Source: Vulcanimicrobiota bacterium
GTDB lineage: Bacteria > Vulcanimicrobiota > Vulcanimicrobiia > Vulcanimicrobiales > Vulcanimicrobiaceae
Assembly (NCBI GenBank): GCA_963733295.1
Contig: CAVTCS010000002.1
Coordinates: 1 to 20,951, forward strand
Direction of reading: 5' to 3'
DNA length: 20,951 nt
Made by a program: the position numbers and the translations under genes. Position 1 is the stretch's first letter. Every line of letters starts with the position of its first letter. The notes under the pieces are model-generated. The model searched no databases. It was not told where the DNA came from and saw nothing but the letters and a program-made list of their open reading frames with translations. Of the stretch, positions 18,157 to 20,951 are shown one piece after another.

Positions 18157-19032
18157 ATGCGCGTTCTCATCGTCGGTGCGGGCGGTCAACTTGGAGCGGA
18201 TCTCGTTCGCGCGTTCGCGGATTTGGGACCGATCGGCCTCGATCATAAGGCGCTCGATATCGAGGTGTCTTCGTCCGTCAGCCGTACCTTAGCTCGTTAC
18301 CGGCCCACGGTCGTCATCAACACGGCGGCATTTCACAACGTCGAAGTCTGCGAGACGCGTCCCGACCGCGCGTTCGCCGTGAACGCGCTTGCAGTCGACG
18401 ATCTTGCCGCGCAGTGCGCCTTGGCCGGAGCACAACTCGTCCACGTCAGCACGGACTATGTCTTCGACGGCCATTCACCGGTTGCGTACGGCGAAGGCTC
18501 ACCGACGAACCCGCTGAGTGCGTACGGCACCTCAAAACTAGCGGGCGAACTGCTGATCAAGCGGCACCTCGACGACTACTTCATCATACGCACAAGTGGG
18601 CTTTACGGCGTCCGCGGTAGCAGCGTCAAGGGCTACACGTTCATCGAACGCATCTTGACGCAAGCCGGCGAAGGCCGCCCCCTCGATGTCGTCAACGATA
18701 TTACGTTCTCTCCGTCCTACACTCGTCACGTAGCCGAAGCCATCCGGCGCATCGTGGAGCGTGGCTCATTCGGAACGTATCATGTGACAAATACCGGACA
18801 GTGCACGTGGTACGATTTCGCGCGCGAAATCTTGCTCCAAGCCGGCATCACGACCGAATTGCGTGAGACGACGTCGGAGCGTTTTCCCACGCTGGCACGC
18901 AGACCGAAATTTTCCGCGTTGCGCCACGGCGCGATGGACGCCCTCGGGTTCCCCCCGATGCCGAGCTGGAGCGAAGGCATTCGCGACTACCTTCGCGAGC
19001 GTCAAGCCGCGCCCGCCGGCGTCCACGCCTGA
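18157..19032 (+). CDS. rfbD: dTDP-4-dehydrorhamnose reductase
   Basis: GAGGQLG, NTAAFHNVEVCE, HVSTDYVFDG, PLSAYGTSKLAGE, RTSGLYG, ARRPKFS. ATG 18157 is preferred over 18109. Confidence 0.93.
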   Translation: MRVLIVGAGGQLGADLVRAFADLGPIGLDHKALDIEVSSSVSRTLARYRPTVVINTAAFHNVEVCETRPDRAFAVNALAVDDLAAQCALAGAQLVHVSTDYVFDGHSPVAYGEGSPTNPLSAYGTSKLAGELLIKRHLDDYFIIRTSGLYGVRGSSVKGYTFIERILTQAGEGRPLDVVNDITFSPSYTRHVAEAIRRIVERGSFGTYHVTNTGQCTWYDFAREILLQAGITTELRETTSERFPTLARRPKFSALRHGAMDALGFPPMPSWSEGIRDYLRERQAAPAGVHA

Positions 19033-19034
19033 CG

Positions 19035-19898
19035 GTGGAACGTCTCGACAAAATACGCCACTTCCTCGATAAATCGATGCGAGGCCTCGAGATCGGACCG
19101 AGCTTCAGGCCGTCCGCGCCGAAGGCGGAAGGTTGGAACATCGAGACGATCGACCACGCTACGCGCGAGCAGTTGATCGAGAAGTACCGGCCTCACAACG
19201 TCGACCTCACGAAGATCGAGCCGGTCGACTGGGTTTGGGAGGGGCAGCCGCTCGACGAGCTCCTCGGTGTCGAACGGCGAGGATCGTACGACTACTTCAT
19301 CGCGAGCCACGTCATCGAACACTATCCCGATTTGCTCGGCTTTCTGAACAATGTGGAGAGCCTGCTCCGAGTAGATGGCGTCCTCTCATTGGTGATCCCC
19401 GATAAACGATACTGCTTCGATTTCTTCAAGCCGTTGAGTCTCACCGGAGCGGTGCTCGCTGCGAACCATCTCGGCCTGAAACGTCACTCGAAACGTACTG
19501 CGTTCGAACACATCGCGTATAGTTGTTTTCGGGACGGGGTAGGAGCTTGGAACGAGAGCCAAGTGGGCGAATTAGCCTTCGCGCACACGCTGGATCACGC
19601 GGGTGGGGCATTTTCCACTCAGAACGAAGCCGCGGATTCAGAGTATGTAGACTATCATGCGTGGTACTTCGTGCCTTCCAGTTTCTTGCTGATCATCGAA
19701 GAATTGCGCCTGCTGGGTAAGACGACGTTTGAAGTGGCGAAGACCTTCGATGGGGAGGGTTGCGAGTTCTATGTATCGCTTCGGAAAAGCGGCCAGAAGT
19801 CGAGCGAAAACCCTGGAAGCGCTGAAGTCAGTGCTCGCCGGCTCGAGCTCATGAAGCAAATCATGCGAGAGCTTACGCAAGAGCCGGTGCTGGCTTGA
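19035..19898 (+). CDS. Class I SAM-dependent methyltransferase-domain protein
   Basis: GLEIGP (motif I variant), YDYFIASHVIEH, LLRVDGVLSLVIPDKRYCFD. Begins 2 nt after rmlD. Confidence 0.8.
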   Translation: MERLDKIRHFLDKSMRGLEIGPSFRPSAPKAEGWNIETIDHATREQLIEKYRPHNVDLTKIEPVDWVWEGQPLDELLGVERRGSYDYFIASHVIEHYPDLLGFLNNVESLLRVDGVLSLVIPDKRYCFDFFKPLSLTGAVLAANHLGLKRHSKRTAFEHIAYSCFRDGVGAWNESQVGELAFAHTLDHAGGAFSTQNEAADSEYVDYHAWYFVPSSFLLIIEELRLLGKTTFEVAKTFDGEGCEFYVSLRKSGQKSSENPGSAEVSARRLELMKQIMRELTQEPVLA

Positions 19899-19908
19899 GA
19901 GGTCCGGA

Positions 19909-20871
19909 TCAGAGCTCGATTCTTGCCGTTGAGGTTGGGTAGGAACTGCGTACGATTTCGGCCAGCTCCACGTCCCACTGAAGTCTCGTTTCAGCAACCT
20001 TCTGAAAAAGAACTACTGACGAGAGAAAACCGCCGGGCGCGTTGGGAAAATCAGTAATCGCGTGACAGTGATTCGCTACGATGAATGCTGGCTCTCCTGA
20101 CTGCACGGCCAAAATTTTGAAACCTGTCATTAGGTTGAAAAGCGCCGTCCAAGAATCTGCTGAGAATCGCCAAAAGTCCCAAGGTTCGTCGTGCAAGGGC
20201 CAAGACTGGTGGGTCGTCAAATAGCCGACGCCATTGACTTCCATAACTCGGTTGAGTTCGAGCGCGAACTTCCAGGGCATCAGCAAGTGCTCTAGTACAG
20301 AAAAGGCCATAACTGCGCGAAACGAGTTTGCCGGGAAGATTTTCGAGAGTTGGTGAGCGTCTCCAACGACGTCCACGTTTTCGCCTTCGAGAATGTCCAG
20401 TCCGATGTACTCCCAAGGCGACGGAATGAGCGCTCGGCGGGAAACTCCGGAACGAGCGCGAGACCCGATTTCAAGGAGCCTTCCAGGCTGCATCGAGTTC
20501 AGGCGGTCGAAAAATCTTCTCGTCTCAGCATGCGTCGGATCCGCCGCGACAGCGCTGACTCCTAGCCGAGTGATTTCGGCCGTCGACCCGTCCGCAAAAT
20601 CGACGACCAGCTTCCCGTCCGTGATTTCCGCGCTAGGCGCGGCGCAGAACCAATGTTCCTCAAACCGCGAGTTACGGGCTGCCTGACCGAAGACCGCGAC
20701 GACGTCGTCGCTCTGGAGACCGATATGCGAGAATTCCAACCTGGCTCCCGAGCGCAACATGAGACTAATCTGTCGAATCGGCGCTCGAACGGCAAACGCC
20801 CATCCGGCTAAGTGAATTGTTCCCATGAAAACGACGAAACGGTCGATGCAGTAGTGGAAATCGCTTTCCAT
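19909..20871 (-). CDS. SAM-dependent methyltransferase with an N-terminal GW-type domain
   Basis: C-terminal part: LLEIGSR, YIGLDI..NVDVVGDAH, FSVLEHLLMPW, PLHDEPWDFWRF. N-terminal part: IDRF..HLAGWAF..SDDVVAVFG..SRF. Confidence 0.8.
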   Translation of the reverse strand: MESDFHYCIDRFVVFMGTIHLAGWAFAVRAPIRQISLMLRSGARLEFSHIGLQSDDVVAVFGQAARNSRFEEHWFCAAPSAEITDGKLVVDFADGSTAEITRLGVSAVAADPTHAETRRFFDRLNSMQPGRLLEIGSRARSGVSRRALIPSPWEYIGLDILEGENVDVVGDAHQLSKIFPANSFRAVMAFSVLEHLLMPWKFALELNRVMEVNGVGYLTTHQSWPLHDEPWDFWRFSADSWTALFNLMTGFKILAVQSGEPAFIVANHCHAITDFPNAPGGFLSSVVLFQKVAETRLQWDVELAEIVRSSYPTSTARIEL

Positions 20872-20951
20872 CGGGACCCACTTTGCGGGCTGCGAAATCG
20901 GTACCTTGGCGCCCGGTCCAGCTACAACTTGCGTTGGCCTTCGATTGCAGC

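Overview
A bacterial cell-surface polysaccharide locus filling the whole window, with about 18 tightly packed genes and frequent strand switches. Left, minus strand: a putative lipid-linked-sugar decoration module made of a nucleotide-sugar dehydrogenase, a DPM1/GtrB-like polyprenyl-phosphate glycosyltransferase, an SDR epimerase/dehydratase, two polytopic GT-C-like membrane proteins and a membrane-anchored protein with two 'GW..RxDV..GF' domains. Centre: a Wzm/Wzt ABC exporter whose Wzt has no C-terminal carbohydrate-binding domain, two double-GT2 glycosyltransferases pointing away from each other, a methyltransferase/coiled-coil protein (WbdD-like terminator/ruler logic) and more GW-domain proteins. 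Right: rmlB-rmlA-rmlD with no rmlC in the window, plus two more SAM methyltransferases. The most striking structure is a 658-bp inverted repeat (10892-11549 and 14679-15336, 4 mismatches by manual alignment) that encodes the first GT2 domain of both large glycosyltransferases. It brackets a 3.1-kb segment whose inversion would swap their N-termini and upstream regions in frame. No RNA genes, CRISPR arrays, transposases or recombinases were seen. All product calls come from motif recognition without database searches.
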